This document shows positions 20,651-31,078 of a DNA stretch of 64,000 nucleotides, one piece after another. This stretch comes from Candidatus Methanomethylophilaceae archaeon. GTDB lineage: Archaea; Thermoplasmatota; Thermoplasmata; Methanomassiliicoccales; Methanomethylophilaceae. Position 1 is the first letter of the stretch. Every line of letters starts with the position of its first letter. The stretch lies in the NCBI GenBank assembly GCA_944320495.1, contig CALUHR010000001.1:21697-85696 (forward strand), read 5' to 3'. The translations under genes were made by a program, and so were the position numbers. The notes under the pieces are model-generated. The model ran no database searches. It was not told where the DNA came from and saw nothing but the letters and a program-made list of their open reading frames with translations.

Positions 20651-22105
20651 TCACTGGCCGGGGCTCTGGCTCTTCCTGAGCAGCTCCATCTTGTCGGAGT
20701 AGTAGGACGGACTCATGTCCATATGGTGGACATGGGGGTTCTCGAACCTCTGCTCCTCCTCCCATATCTCCTCGGAGAGCTGCCTCCTCACATGGGCGCG
20801 GATGTCCCCGAGGGGGACGAAGGGCGCGACGCGCTCCCCCTTGGACACAACCTTCCTGAGAAGGGGCTTCGCGGTGCAATCCGTGAGCACGACGTCCTTC
20901 CAGGGACGTACGGTGTCGATGCACCTGTACGGTTCGGAGAGGTCCACCTCCTCGTAGTCGTGGGTTATCAGGTCGGCGGTGGCATGGCCGGTGGAGTCGT
21001 ACACCCTGTACACGGCCTTCCTGCCTGGGTTTGTGATCTTCTCGACGGTCTCCGAGACCTTGATTTTCGGCACGACGGTGCCGTCGCGCTCCAGCGCTGC
21101 GATCTTGTAGACGCCTCCGAACACCGGGTCGCTGCTGGAAGTGATGAGCCTCTCGCCCACCCCGAATGCGTCGATGCATCCGCCCTGGTCTATGATCGAG
21201 CTGATGGAATGCTCATCGAGGCTGTTGGACGCGACGATCCTGCAGTCCTCCAGGCCGGCGGCGTCGAGCATCCTGCGCACCTCCTTGGTTAGATAGGCGA
21301 GGTCGCCGGAGTCCAGGCGGACCCCCTTGAGCCTCCTGCCCATGGGTTCCAGGACCTCCTTCGCGCAGCGTATGGCGTTGGGGGTCCCGGATCTGAGCAC
21401 ATCGTAGGTGTCGATCAGCAGGATGGTGTCGTCCGGGTACAGTCTGGCGTAGCTCTCGAAGGCCTCGTACTCCGAGCGGTGGTACATGACCCAGCTGTGG
21501 GCCATGGTACCCGTGATGGGTATGCCGAACATCTTGCCGGCGAGGACGGTGGCGCTGCCGGACGCCCCGCCGATATAGGCGGCCCTGGCTCCGTAGACGG
21601 CGGCATCCATGTTGTGCGCCCTGCGGGCGCCGAAGTCGGAGACGCCCCTGCCCCTGGCCGCCCTGACGATGCGGGCGGTCTTGGTGGCGATGAGCGACTG
21701 ATGGTTGAACTGCGCGAGGATGGCGGTCTCTATCATCTGCGCGTCTATCATCGGGGCGGTGACGGTGATCACCGGCTCACCGGGATAGATGACGGTGCCC
21801 TCGTCGAAGGCGCAGACGTCTCCCCTGAAGCGGAAGCCCCTCAGGAACTCGAGGAACCTCTCGTCGAACATCCCCAGCGAGTTGAGGTAGTCTATGTCGT
21901 CATCGTCGAAGTGCATCTCCGTGATGAACTCGACGATCTGTTCCAGGCCGGCGAAAACAGCGTAGCCTCCCCCGTCCGGGACCCTGCGGAAGTACACATC
22001 GAAGGTGGCGATGTCGTCGCATCCCTCGATGAAGTATCCGTTGGACATAGTCAGTTCATACAGGTCCATCACCATGGACAGGTTGCGTCTGTCTCCCATG
22101 CTCAT
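20651..22105 (-). CDS. pncB: Nicotinate phosphoribosyltransferase
   Basis: DLYELTM, DFGARRAH, GTMAHSW, LIDTYD, GVRLDSGD, GVGERL. Start 22105/22099 lies downstream of an in-frame CGA. Confidence 0.92.
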   Translation of the reverse strand: MSMGDRRNLSMVMDLYELTMSNGYFIEGCDDIATFDVYFRRVPDGGGYAVFAGLEQIVEFITEMHFDDDDIDYLNSLGMFDERFLEFLRGFRFRGDVCAFDEGTVIYPGEPVITVTAPMIDAQMIETAILAQFNHQSLIATKTARIVRAARGRGVSDFGARRAHNMDAAVYGARAAYIGGASGSATVLAGKMFGIPITGTMAHSWVMYHRSEYEAFESYARLYPDDTILLIDTYDVLRSGTPNAIRCAKEVLEPMGRRLKGVRLDSGDLAYLTKEVRRMLDAAGLEDCRIVASNSLDEHSISSIIDQGGCIDAFGVGERLITSSSDPVFGGVYKIAALERDGTVVPKIKVSETVEKITNPGRKAVYRVYDSTGHATADLITHDYEEVDLSEPYRCIDTVRPWKDVVLTDCTAKPLLRKVVSKGERVAPFVPLGDIRAHVRRQLSEEIWEEEQRFENPHVHHMDMSPSYYSDKMELLRKSQSPGQ

Positions 22106-22146
22106 GAGAACGCTCTCCGCTCGCCGCCCCATCGTCGCATCGTAGT

Positions 22147-23205
22147 TCATTCTTTTGGGGCCGGATCCATCACCAGGGCGACCTTCATGATCCCGTCGCC
22201 GCGCTCGGAGAAGAGGTCGTAGGCCTCCATCGCCCTGCTGAATGGGAACCTGTGCGTGATCAGGCAGGACGCGTCCACTCTTCCCGCGGCGATGAGTTCC
22301 ATAATCTCGCCGCAGTGGCATCCGTCCACGCCCCCGGTCTTGAAGGTGAGGTTCTTGCCGTACATGTCGGGGAGCGGCAGTGTCTGGGTCTCCTCGTACA
22401 TCGCCACGACAACGACGACGGCGTTCGGTCTCGCGATCCGCCAGGCGGTCTGCAGAGTGTCCCTGCCCCCGGCGACCTCAAGGACAACGTCTGCCCCGCG
22501 GCCGTCCGTCAACCCCTCGATGACCGTGCGCGGGTCCTCCGTTGCTGGGTCGATGTGGATGTCGCCGATGCCGTGCCTCCTCGCGAATACGAGGCGGAAC
22601 GGGTCGGTGTCGATCAGGACGATCTTCGCAGGGTTGCGCAGGGCGGCCATCATGGCGCAGCACAGTCCCGTCGGTCCAGCGCCTATGATCGCCACCACGT
22701 CGCCCTCCGAGATGCCGCCGATGTCAACCGCCCAATATCCCGTGGAGAGGAGGTCCCCGGTCAGGAGGGCCCTCTCGTCGGAGACGCCGTCGGGGATCCG
22801 AGTGAGGCAGTTGTCCGCGTAGGGTACGCGCGCGTACTCCGCCTGTCCCCCGTCGATCCTGCAGCCCAGGGCCCATCCGCCCTTGGGGTCCGTGCAGTTG
22901 TTCACCCAGCCATGCCTGCAGAAGAAGCAGTCCCCACAATAGGTCTCGCAGTTCACCGCGACCCTGTCCCCCGGCCTTATGCCATGCACATCCTCCCCGA
23001 CATCGGTCACGACGCCGACGAACTCGTGGCCTACGGCGATGCCCGGGACGGCCCTGGGCACGGCCCCGGCGCGTATGTGCAGGTCGCTGGTGCAGATCGC
23101 AGCCATGGTCACCCTGACGATCGCGTCCCTCGGGTCTTGGATACAGGGTTCCGGCTTCTCGGTGATGCGGAAATCGCCCTTTCCGACGTAGGTTACCGCC
23201 TTCAT
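22147..23205 (-). CDS. Zn-dependent alcohol dehydrogenase (MDR family)
   Basis: ICTSDLH, GHEFVG, CGDCFFC..G..NNC, GAGPTG. Confidence 0.9.
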   Translation of the reverse strand: MKAVTYVGKGDFRITEKPEPCIQDPRDAIVRVTMAAICTSDLHIRAGAVPRAVPGIAVGHEFVGVVTDVGEDVHGIRPGDRVAVNCETYCGDCFFCRHGWVNNCTDPKGGWALGCRIDGGQAEYARVPYADNCLTRIPDGVSDERALLTGDLLSTGYWAVDIGGISEGDVVAIIGAGPTGLCCAMMAALRNPAKIVLIDTDPFRLVFARRHGIGDIHIDPATEDPRTVIEGLTDGRGADVVLEVAGGRDTLQTAWRIARPNAVVVVVAMYEETQTLPLPDMYGKNLTFKTGGVDGCHCGEIMELIAAGRVDASCLITHRFPFSRAMEAYDLFSERGDGIMKVALVMDPAPKE

Positions 23206-23348
23206 GCCCCCTGGATGAGGAGGACCCTATATCCATCCAGCGGACCGGATCGGGGCGGAAGTACTGTTATATAGAGGTCCATCCTTCCCAATTGACAGCA
23301 CGGTCGAGGACGGTGCCTTTTTCCATCACTCGATGAGGAGATTGACCA

Positions 23349-23981
23349 ATGACTGAGGACACTCTTAAGACTGGCACGACCACAATAGGGCTCAAGCTGA
23401 AGGACGGAGTCATACTGGCCTCCGACCAGAGGGCCACGATGAGCAACCTCATCGCCCACAGCCATGTCCAGAAGGTCTACAGGCTCTCGGACAACATCGG
23501 CATGACCATCGCCGGGGTAGTCGGGGACGCCCAGCTCATGGTCCGCTACATGCAGAGCGAGATCTCCATCTACACGATGAAGAAGGGAGCACCCATGTCC
23601 GTCACCGCGGCCGCCACCCTCATCGCCAGCGTCATCCGTCAGGGATTCTATCTCGGACTCATCGTCGGAGGATATGACAGGACCGGAGGGCACATCTTCA
23701 GCATCGACGGCGCCGGAGGATACATCGAGGACAACTACTGCTCCGTCGGATCCGGCTCCCTCTTCGCCCTCGGCGCGCTCGAGTCCAACTTCAAGGAGGG
23801 CATGACCAAGGAGGAGGGCATCGATGTTGCCATCACCGCCCTCAACTCCGCCAGGAGGAGGGACAACTGCACCGGAGACGGCATGCTCATCTCCTACATC
23901 GGCCCGGACGGCTACGAGGAGATCCCACGCGACAGGATCGTCTCCCGCTGCGAGGAGCTCGGGTTCAACTTCCCCAACTGA
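23349..23981 (+). CDS. psmB: Proteasome beta subunit
   Basis: Propeptide then TGTTTIG, ASDQRAT, GSGS, RRD..TGDG. Confidence 0.95.
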   Translation: MTEDTLKTGTTTIGLKLKDGVILASDQRATMSNLIAHSHVQKVYRLSDNIGMTIAGVVGDAQLMVRYMQSEISIYTMKKGAPMSVTAAATLIASVIRQGFYLGLIVGGYDRTGGHIFSIDGAGGYIEDNYCSVGSGSLFALGALESNFKEGMTKEEGIDVAITALNSARRRDNCTGDGMLISYIGPDGYEEIPRDRIVSRCEELGFNFPN

Positions 23982-24052
23982 GATTCATCACAAACCCCTT
24001 CCCAAAACCGATTTTCTACTCTCTTCAATCAAGATAGCAAGCAGGTCATCAC

Positions 24053-25957
24053 ATGAATGTCGACAGACTTTTCGACTCCCTGAGGGAGGAGGTGAGACGC
24101 GCGATGCCCCCGGACGTAAGCATCAAGGACATCAAGTTCGAGGGGCCGCTGGTGGTCGTGTACACGGACGAGTACGAGAAGCTCTCCGCCAACGACTCGG
24201 TCGCCAGGACAGTGGCGCAGACGATACACCGCAGGGTGGACATACGCCCCGACCCCGCCGGACTAGAGGACCCGGCGAAGGTCGAGGAGATGATCCGCTC
24301 CATGATTCCCGAGAAGGCGGACATCTTCGACATCAACTTCCTTGAGGAGACCGGGGAGGCCCTGGTCGAGGCGATCAACCCGTCAGAGGTGGTCGGGAAG
24401 GAGGGCAAGCTGCTGGCCGACCTGCGCAAGCAGTCCGGATGGAACGTCAAGGTCATCCGCGCCCCGCCGATACCGTCCAAGACCGTCTCCGACGTGAGGG
24501 GGTACCTGAGGGTCAACCACGAGGAGCGCCAGGAGATGCTGACATCGGTCGCCAGGCGCATCGCCAGGCCGAAGCTCGAGGGGGAGCAGTGGGTCCGTGT
24601 CACCGCCATGGGCGGATTCAGGCAGGTCGGACGCTCCGCGTCCCTCCTGACCACCCGTGAGAGCAAGATCCTCATCGACTGCGGTCTCGACCCGTCCTCG
24701 GACAACACGCCATACTTCGGCATCCCGGAGGCCCAGCCTCTGGCGGACATCGATGCCGTCGTCATCACCCATGCCCATCTGGACCACTGCGGCACCCTTC
24801 CGGCGCTGTTCAAGTACGGTTACAGGGGGCCCGTGTACTGCACGCCGCCCACCAGGGACCTCATGGCGCTGCTCCAGTTGGACAACATCAAGCTGGGGTT
24901 CGGGGAGAACAAGAAGACCCCCTACGAGGCGCAGCACGTCAGGCAGGAGATCCTGCACACGATCACGCTCAAGTACAACGAGGTCACCGACATCGCTCCG
25001 GATGTGCGCCTCACCTTCTACAACGCCGGACACATCCTCGGTTCCGCCATCGCCCACTTCCACATCGGCGAGGGCCTGCACAACGTGGCCTTCTCCGGCG
25101 ATACCAAGTACGAGAAGACCTGGCTGTTCAATCCCGCGAACACGAGGTTCCCCAGGCTCGAGACCCTGGTCATGGAGTCCACCTACGGAGGCCACAACGA
25201 CATGCAGCCCTCCAGGGCGGATGCGTCCGAGCAGCTAGGTCAGTACCTGCAGCAGGCCGTCGAGCACGGCGGCAAGGTGCTGATCCCCGTCTTCGCCGTC
25301 GGAAGGTCCCAGGAGGTCATGCTGGTCATCGAGGAGCTCATCCGCACCGGCAAGATCCCCAAGATGACCGTGTGGCTCGACGGTATGATCTGGGAGGCCA
25401 CAGCCATCCACACCGCGTACCCCGAGTACCTCAACAGCCAACTCAGGACCCAGATATTCCAGCAGAACAACAACCCGTTCCTGTCCCCCATCTTCAAGAG
25501 GGTCGAGACGGCCGACATGAGAGAGGAGATCTGCCACTCGCCCGACCCGTGCATCGTGCTCGCCACGAGCGGTATGATGTCCGGCGGACCGGTCATGGAG
25601 TACTTCCGCGAGTGGGCGGACGACGAGAGGAACTGGCTGCTCTTCGTAGGTTACCAGTCCGAGGGGAGCATCGGCCGCACCATCCAGAGGGGCAGGCCGG
25701 AGATCACCCTCAACATGCGCGGCAAGCCGATCACCCTGAAGATCAAGATGCAGAGGGAGACGGTGGACGGATTCTCCGGACACTCGGACAGGAAGCAGCT
25801 CATGCGCTACATATCGTCCCTCGACCCGAAGCCGGACAGGATCATCATCGGGCACGGCGACGACCGCAAGTGCACGGACCTGGCGTCCTCGATCTACAAG
25901 AAGTACGGCATCGAGACCAAGGCCCCGCAGAACCTCGAGACCATCAGGCTCAGGTGA
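24053..25957 (+). CDS. aCPSF1 KH/beta-CASP ribonuclease (transcription termination factor)
   Basis: N-terminal KH domains, HAHLDH, AGHILGSA, MESTYG, FSGHSD. Canonical position after psmB. Confidence 0.93.
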   Translation: MNVDRLFDSLREEVRRAMPPDVSIKDIKFEGPLVVVYTDEYEKLSANDSVARTVAQTIHRRVDIRPDPAGLEDPAKVEEMIRSMIPEKADIFDINFLEETGEALVEAINPSEVVGKEGKLLADLRKQSGWNVKVIRAPPIPSKTVSDVRGYLRVNHEERQEMLTSVARRIARPKLEGEQWVRVTAMGGFRQVGRSASLLTTRESKILIDCGLDPSSDNTPYFGIPEAQPLADIDAVVITHAHLDHCGTLPALFKYGYRGPVYCTPPTRDLMALLQLDNIKLGFGENKKTPYEAQHVRQEILHTITLKYNEVTDIAPDVRLTFYNAGHILGSAIAHFHIGEGLHNVAFSGDTKYEKTWLFNPANTRFPRLETLVMESTYGGHNDMQPSRADASEQLGQYLQQAVEHGGKVLIPVFAVGRSQEVMLVIEELIRTGKIPKMTVWLDGMIWEATAIHTAYPEYLNSQLRTQIFQQNNNPFLSPIFKRVETADMREEICHSPDPCIVLATSGMMSGGPVMEYFREWADDERNWLLFVGYQSEGSIGRTIQRGRPEITLNMRGKPITLKIKMQRETVDGFSGHSDRKQLMRYISSLDPKPDRIIIGHGDDRKCTDLASSIYKKYGIETKAPQNLETIRLR

Positions 25958-25970
25958 AAAACATCCCCAT

Positions 25971-25993
25971 CCCCCGGCGGATCCTGCCGGGGG
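25971..25993. terminator. Hairpin between convergent aCPSF1 and surface-protein genes
   Basis: CCCCCGGC-(7 nt)-GCCGGGGG perfect stem. Confidence 0.55.
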
Positions 25994-26038
25994 ACGGTTC
26001 TCAAGAAGTTTCGGAGGGACGGCGGTGCCGCCCCGGAC

Positions 26039-28909
26039 TCAGGCGTTCCTGCGACGTACGACCACGACGGCGGCTATCGCTATCACCGCTATGACCGCTA
26101 TCGCGATGCCGACGATCAGCACGGTGTCGATGCCCCCGTCCTCGGTACCGGTCTCGGTCAGCGTGAAGGACGAGATCATGTCGGCGCCGGTTGTGGTGAA
26201 GGATGTGACCCCGTCGGAGACGGTTACGTCGAAGGGGTAGCCGAAGCCGTCGGAGCCGTATCCGTCCACATCCCATTCGCCGTTCAGGGTGATCGAGGCG
26301 TCCAGGTAGGTCTGGGACCCCTCCTCGTCCAGCGTGGATGCGTACATGGCGTACAGCGGGGCATCCACCCAGGTCATGTAGTCGGGCACGCTGTCGTTGC
26401 GCTCCAGCTCGAACCATACCGGACCTGCGGGGATGTCCGCCAGCGCGACGGTCACGCTCCCGATGTCGTTTCTGACGGTCAGGTGCGTCGTCGGACCGGT
26501 CCTCGCGTTCGTGAGCGAGGAGGCGTCGGCCAGATAGAACACGGAGTCGGAGCCGATGTCCACCTTCAGTACGGAGCCTTCCTGGGCGAAGTCGTAGGAC
26601 GGCACCCATACATCGGTCAGGGTCTCGTCGGCGTGGACGTGGTATTCGGTGCCTGCCGGATAGTAGTAGAATCCGCCGAACCATCCGGCGAACGTCATCC
26701 CCTCCGATTCGGACGAGGGCTCCACCGCTATGGTCTGACCGAACTCGTAGGTGGATGTGACTCCGCCGATGGTGACCTCGAAGGACGGCATGGACTGGTT
26801 CACGATGACGTATCTGTCCCCATGCCCGAGGTCGGTGACGGTGGCGGAGCCGTCGTCGTTGAGTTCGTACGGCATCCCGCTGAGGTACGGGTTGTAGGGC
26901 TCGATGATGTACTGTGCGCCGAAGCCCAGTCCGTGCTGGCAGGGCACCATGGTCACGGATACGACCTCGGAATCCACAATCTCCACGGTGGCGTCGATGT
27001 AGCTCCAGCTCGGGAAGTAGTACTCGCGATCGGCGATGATCGAGTCGTCGGTTCCGCTGCAGAAGATGGCGGTCCCGTTCACGCTCCCGCCCCCTATCTC
27101 CACGAAGTCCACGTGGCTGTCCTCGAAGGTCACGCTGACGTCTTCCGGCACGTAGAGTTCGGTCGATGCGAAGGTCAGGTAGTTGGAGATGTCGTTGCCT
27201 CCGTGGTCGAGGGCGTAGACCAGATCGCCGGAGACCACCGATGCGCCGGAGAACACGAGATCCGATCCTTCGATGTAGCTCATGGTGCCTTCGATGCTCT
27301 CGAGGTCCGCACGGTAGGTGTCGACGTTGAAGTCGGTCATGGCGGAGCCCTCGGCGGTCATTCCCGTGAGGGTCTCGGTCACTCCGAAGTTGCTTCCCCC
27401 GTTGTAGACGGTCATCGATCCGATCTCGATGGACTGCCCGTCGGAGCCGGAAACCGCCCTCAGATCGGAGATCTCGTAGGATGCGTTCCTGTGGAACTCG
27501 TCCGTGATGGATATCCGCCCCTCGGCCATGAGGGATCCGATCTCAATGAGGGTCTCGGCGCCCGTCTCCGAGGAGGAGGTCTGCACGTGCACTCCGCTGA
27601 TCCTCACGGCGGACATGACGGCCTCCTCGTTCCAGGAGGATCCGGTCGCCGAACCCAGCGAGACGGCGAGGTCCACATCGCCGGCGGATGCGCTGATGTC
27701 AGCTGAGATGTCGGAGAGTGCGAACTCCCCACCCATGGAACCGGTCTCGGCGGTGAGGTCGGACTTCACGGAGGCCGACGGTAGGTCGATGTTCAGGGCG
27801 AGGTCTGCGGCCGTCTGATCGGCGGAGATGCTGATCCTCGCACCGATCTCTGCGCCGGTGGCATCGAACTCGAAGGATAGCGACTGTTCGGCCGTAGTCT
27901 GGTGGATTGTCGCCGAGACCGATCCCACGGAAACGCCGAAGGTCTCGCCTTCGAGGTCTCCTCCGATCGTCATGGACCCGTCCTTTCCCTGGAGCAGGTC
28001 GAACTCGGTTCTGATGTCATCCGCACTGATGTCCATCGAGAAGTATTCGGTCTCGTACGAGAGCGAGACGGAACCAACCGAAACGGATGCGGGAATAGCC
28101 GTGCCATCATCGGATTGGGCGAGTCCGAATTCGACCCTGACATCCTCTGTGGATGCTGCCCCGATCCCTGGGATGGACATGGACAGCGACGCCGCGGAGA
28201 TGAATGCGGGGCCGTCCCCGGAGATGTCCGTCATGGACATGGCGCCGGTGGCCAGGTCGGCGGTCATGCGGATCTCTGCTCTCATATCGGTGCAGTCCGA
28301 GCTCAGGCTGGAGAATGGGAATTGGATCTCGGGGTACAGTGCCGATATGACCGATGTCGGCAGGGTGCCGGCGGATTCGGGTATATCGATGAGGACGGAC
28401 ACCTCGAAAGAGGTCTCGGTGATCGACACCCTGCCGTCCATCTCCTTGGAAGGGCCTCCGACGGTGACGCCGTCGAACATCGTGATCCTCCCGCCGTCGC
28501 TGATGTCCATCGAGACGATCATGTCAGCGGGGTCCGTCAGGTCTATGACGAGGTCAAAGGTGCCATCGAATCCGACATCTGTCCTGTCCGCCACCAGATA
28601 GGGGGTGGCCATGTACCATACCGTGGATCCGGGCATGAGCACTATGGTGCCGTCGCCCGATACGCTGGTGCTACCGTTGACGAGGAGGGATGACCCGGTC
28701 TCGAAGGTCATGGTGGCCCCATCCGCGAATGTCACGTTCTTTCCTGAGAGATCGAAGGTCTCCAGGGCCCCGAAGCTCCGGTCGCCGGAGACCTCGTAAG
28801 GCTCCAGATCCCCCGTCGCCGCTTCGCACCCATCCTCGGCCAGGATGGCCACGCCGGCGAAGGCGATTACGACTGCCAGCATGGCAGTCAGCGCTATTCT
28901 TCTGTCCAT
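26039..28909 (-). CDS. Large acidic Ser/Thr-rich cell-surface (adhesin-like) protein, signal peptide plus C-terminal TM anchor
   Basis: N-terminal MDRRIALTAMLAVVIAF, beta-rich body, B-repeat-like segment (GMTFAGWF...ETLTDVW), C-terminal TM plus VRRRNA. Confidence 0.8.
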   Translation of the reverse strand: MDRRIALTAMLAVVIAFAGVAILAEDGCEAATGDLEPYEVSGDRSFGALETFDLSGKNVTFADGATMTFETGSSLLVNGSTSVSGDGTIVLMPGSTVWYMATPYLVADRTDVGFDGTFDLVIDLTDPADMIVSMDISDGGRITMFDGVTVGGPSKEMDGRVSITETSFEVSVLIDIPESAGTLPTSVISALYPEIQFPFSSLSSDCTDMRAEIRMTADLATGAMSMTDISGDGPAFISAASLSMSIPGIGAASTEDVRVEFGLAQSDDGTAIPASVSVGSVSLSYETEYFSMDISADDIRTEFDLLQGKDGSMTIGGDLEGETFGVSVGSVSATIHQTTAEQSLSFEFDATGAEIGARISISADQTAADLALNIDLPSASVKSDLTAETGSMGGEFALSDISADISASAGDVDLAVSLGSATGSSWNEEAVMSAVRISGVHVQTSSSETGAETLIEIGSLMAEGRISITDEFHRNASYEISDLRAVSGSDGQSIEIGSMTVYNGGSNFGVTETLTGMTAEGSAMTDFNVDTYRADLESIEGTMSYIEGSDLVFSGASVVSGDLVYALDHGGNDISNYLTFASTELYVPEDVSVTFEDSHVDFVEIGGGSVNGTAIFCSGTDDSIIADREYYFPSWSYIDATVEIVDSEVVSVTMVPCQHGLGFGAQYIIEPYNPYLSGMPYELNDDGSATVTDLGHGDRYVIVNQSMPSFEVTIGGVTSTYEFGQTIAVEPSSESEGMTFAGWFGGFYYYPAGTEYHVHADETLTDVWVPSYDFAQEGSVLKVDIGSDSVFYLADASSLTNARTGPTTHLTVRNDIGSVTVALADIPAGPVWFELERNDSVPDYMTWVDAPLYAMYASTLDEEGSQTYLDASITLNGEWDVDGYGSDGFGYPFDVTVSDGVTSFTTTGADMISSFTLTETGTEDGGIDTVLIVGIAIAVIAVIAIAAVVVVRRRNA

Positions 28910-29075
28910 GAAATATCACCTTGCGGAATCCGTCGGGATACTGCAGAAATCGTATCGACGGGAATGCATTTAACAGGTATGTAAAGAGAATGGGCAGAGG
29001 TACTGATAGAAGGAGTGGGAAGAGGGATAGAATATGGAATGGGCCCGCCGTAGCGGACCCTTGAGTTTTAGAGAA

Positions 29076-29615
29076 TCACCAGTTGGTGGCCCTGACCTCG
29101 AAGAAAGACTGGGCGTGCTTGCACACCGGGCAGACCTGGGGCGCGGTCTCTCCGACGTGGATGTATCCGCAGTTGCGGCATTTCCACATGACGACCTGGT
29201 CCTTCTTGAAGACCATTCCGCCCTCGAGGTTCTTCAGGAGGTCGTTGTACCTGGCCTCGTGGGTCTTCTCGATTCCGCCGACGGCCTCGAACAGGGCGGC
29301 GATCTCGTCGAATCCCTCCTCCCTCGCGGTCTTCGCGAAGTCGGCGTACATGGTGGTCCACTCGTAGTTCTCGCCGGCGGCGGCGTCCTTCAGGTTCTCG
29401 ACGGTCTTGGGGACCTTGTTGTCGTGGAGGGCCTTGAACCACAGCTTGGCGTGCTCCTTCTCGTTCTCGGCGGTCTCGAGGAAGATGTCGGCGATCTGCT
29501 CGTATCCCTCTTTCTTGGCCTGGGAGGCGTAGTAGGTGTATTTGTTCCTGGCCATGGACTCGCCAGCGAAGGCGGCGTTCAGGTTGGCTTCTGTTTTGGA
29601 TCCTTTGAGTTCCAT
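29076..29615 (-). CDS. rbr: Rubrerythrin
   Basis: FAGES.ARNKY, ENEKEHA, EKTHE, WKCRNCG...CPVC. Confidence 0.95.
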   Translation of the reverse strand: MELKGSKTEANLNAAFAGESMARNKYTYYASQAKKEGYEQIADIFLETAENEKEHAKLWFKALHDNKVPKTVENLKDAAAGENYEWTTMYADFAKTAREEGFDEIAALFEAVGGIEKTHEARYNDLLKNLEGGMVFKKDQVVMWKCRNCGYIHVGETAPQVCPVCKHAQSFFEVRATNW

Positions 29616-29719
29616 AATATCCTCGGATAGGGGGATGGACGCCGACGATTAATAAGTTAACGGCGTTAGGACGACCTAAGACAAAGATATGCATTGCTGA
29701 CCTCACGATATGTGGGATA

Positions 29720-30346
29720 TCGGTGCCTGAGCTTGTCCTTCCACGACCTCTTCAGATTGCCGTCCTTGTCGAACTTGGTCCTCATCAGCTTGTCGTAGTT
29801 GCTCCGGATCTTCGGGTCGGCCGGCTTGATCTCCATCAGCAGCTCCAGCTCCGCCTTCGCCTTCCGATAGTCCTTGAGATCGTTCAGGAGCAGGACCGCG
29901 TAGTTCTGATGGTAGACGTAGTTGGACGGATCCGTGGCGATAGCCTTCTCGTAGAATTCGCCCGCCCTCCTGAAGTCAGTTATCTGGTTGCGGAGGAATC
30001 TGGCATACTCGTTGTACAGGTCGCCAGAGGGACAGAGTTCCACAAGTCTTTTGAAGAGCTCGTCGGTCTCCTTGTTGTTCCTCTTGTCGCGGGCGAGGAC
30101 CGAGACCTTCGCCTTCATGGCATCGGTGTTGACGGGGTCCAGATCCAGGATGACGTCCAGCTGCATCAGCCCGTAGCTGACGTCCTGGAGGTCCCTGATG
30201 GCGATCTCCGCGAGGACCAGCCTGGGCTTGGTGTTGTGCGGGTCTGTGGCCAGATACGCCTCCAGCGTGTTAGCGGCTCCCGTGGGGTTGCCGCTGGACG
30301 CCTGGTTCCTCGCCTTGGTGATGGCCTCGAATGCCGGATCGCTCAT
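29720..30346 (-). CDS. TPR-repeat protein; ends at CGA 29720-29722
   Basis: TPR-like helical repeats (LEAYLATDPHN, YEKAIATDPSN). CGA follows a basic tail KRSWKDKLRH. Confidence 0.75.
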
Positions 30347-30434
30347 GACACCCCGAGCGGTGACCTGTTTATAATGGGTTTATCGGAAGCCTCGTCGGAG
30401 TCGGGATCGACCGTTCGAAGGTCTCTTAACCGCG

Positions 30435-30845
30435 ATGGCGGTTGTACGGTCGATGGGAGCTCGCAAGGCGGCCGTTTCGTTCCTGGCCGGGATGCTGATG
30501 ACCGTGCTACTGGTGGTCATCATACCGGTCATAGTCGATGAGTACATCCAGGAGTGGATACGGGAGGCGGTCGGGGACACCGGACTTGCCTTCTTGACAT
30601 CCGATGTCATAGTGACCATACTCATCTGGGTCGTCATCCTGGGATTCATGATAGTCCTCGGGGCCGGAGGCATACTCAGACGCTTCGGCATTTTCGGGAT
30701 CCTCGGCCTGATCTTCGCCTATTGGATCATGGGCGATGTGACGGATGCTGTCCTGCCGCTGCTGATCCTCGTGGCGATGCTTGTCGTCTCATGGGTGCGC
30801 GATGTCAGGAGGAGGAAGAGGGATGGTACCCTCAAAACCAGATGA
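30435..30845 (+). CDS. Conserved hypothetical membrane protein (about 4 TM)
   Basis: Hydrophobic helices and basic C-tail. Start may be 30453. Confidence 0.7.
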   Translation: MAVVRSMGARKAAVSFLAGMLMTVLLVVIIPVIVDEYIQEWIREAVGDTGLAFLTSDVIVTILIWVVILGFMIVLGAGGILRRFGIFGILGLIFAYWIMGDVTDAVLPLLILVAMLVVSWVRDVRRRKRDGTLKTR

Positions 30846-31078
30846 TGAGGTCTCAACGAACATCAACACCGTTAATCTGGGCAGTTAGTTTTAAATATAA
30901 GATGAAAATGCCCATTACAGGGAAGCCCGACGTCCGTAGCCCGTCAGTCGTTTTCCTCCTTTACCCGACACGGAACCATTTACTGGCGACGGCTCTCCCC
31001 CCCCCCCTTCTTGTCCAACAACATCTGATGTCTGAGATCGGACGCATCCATCTTTAATCCGCATCCTCATGACGGGTC

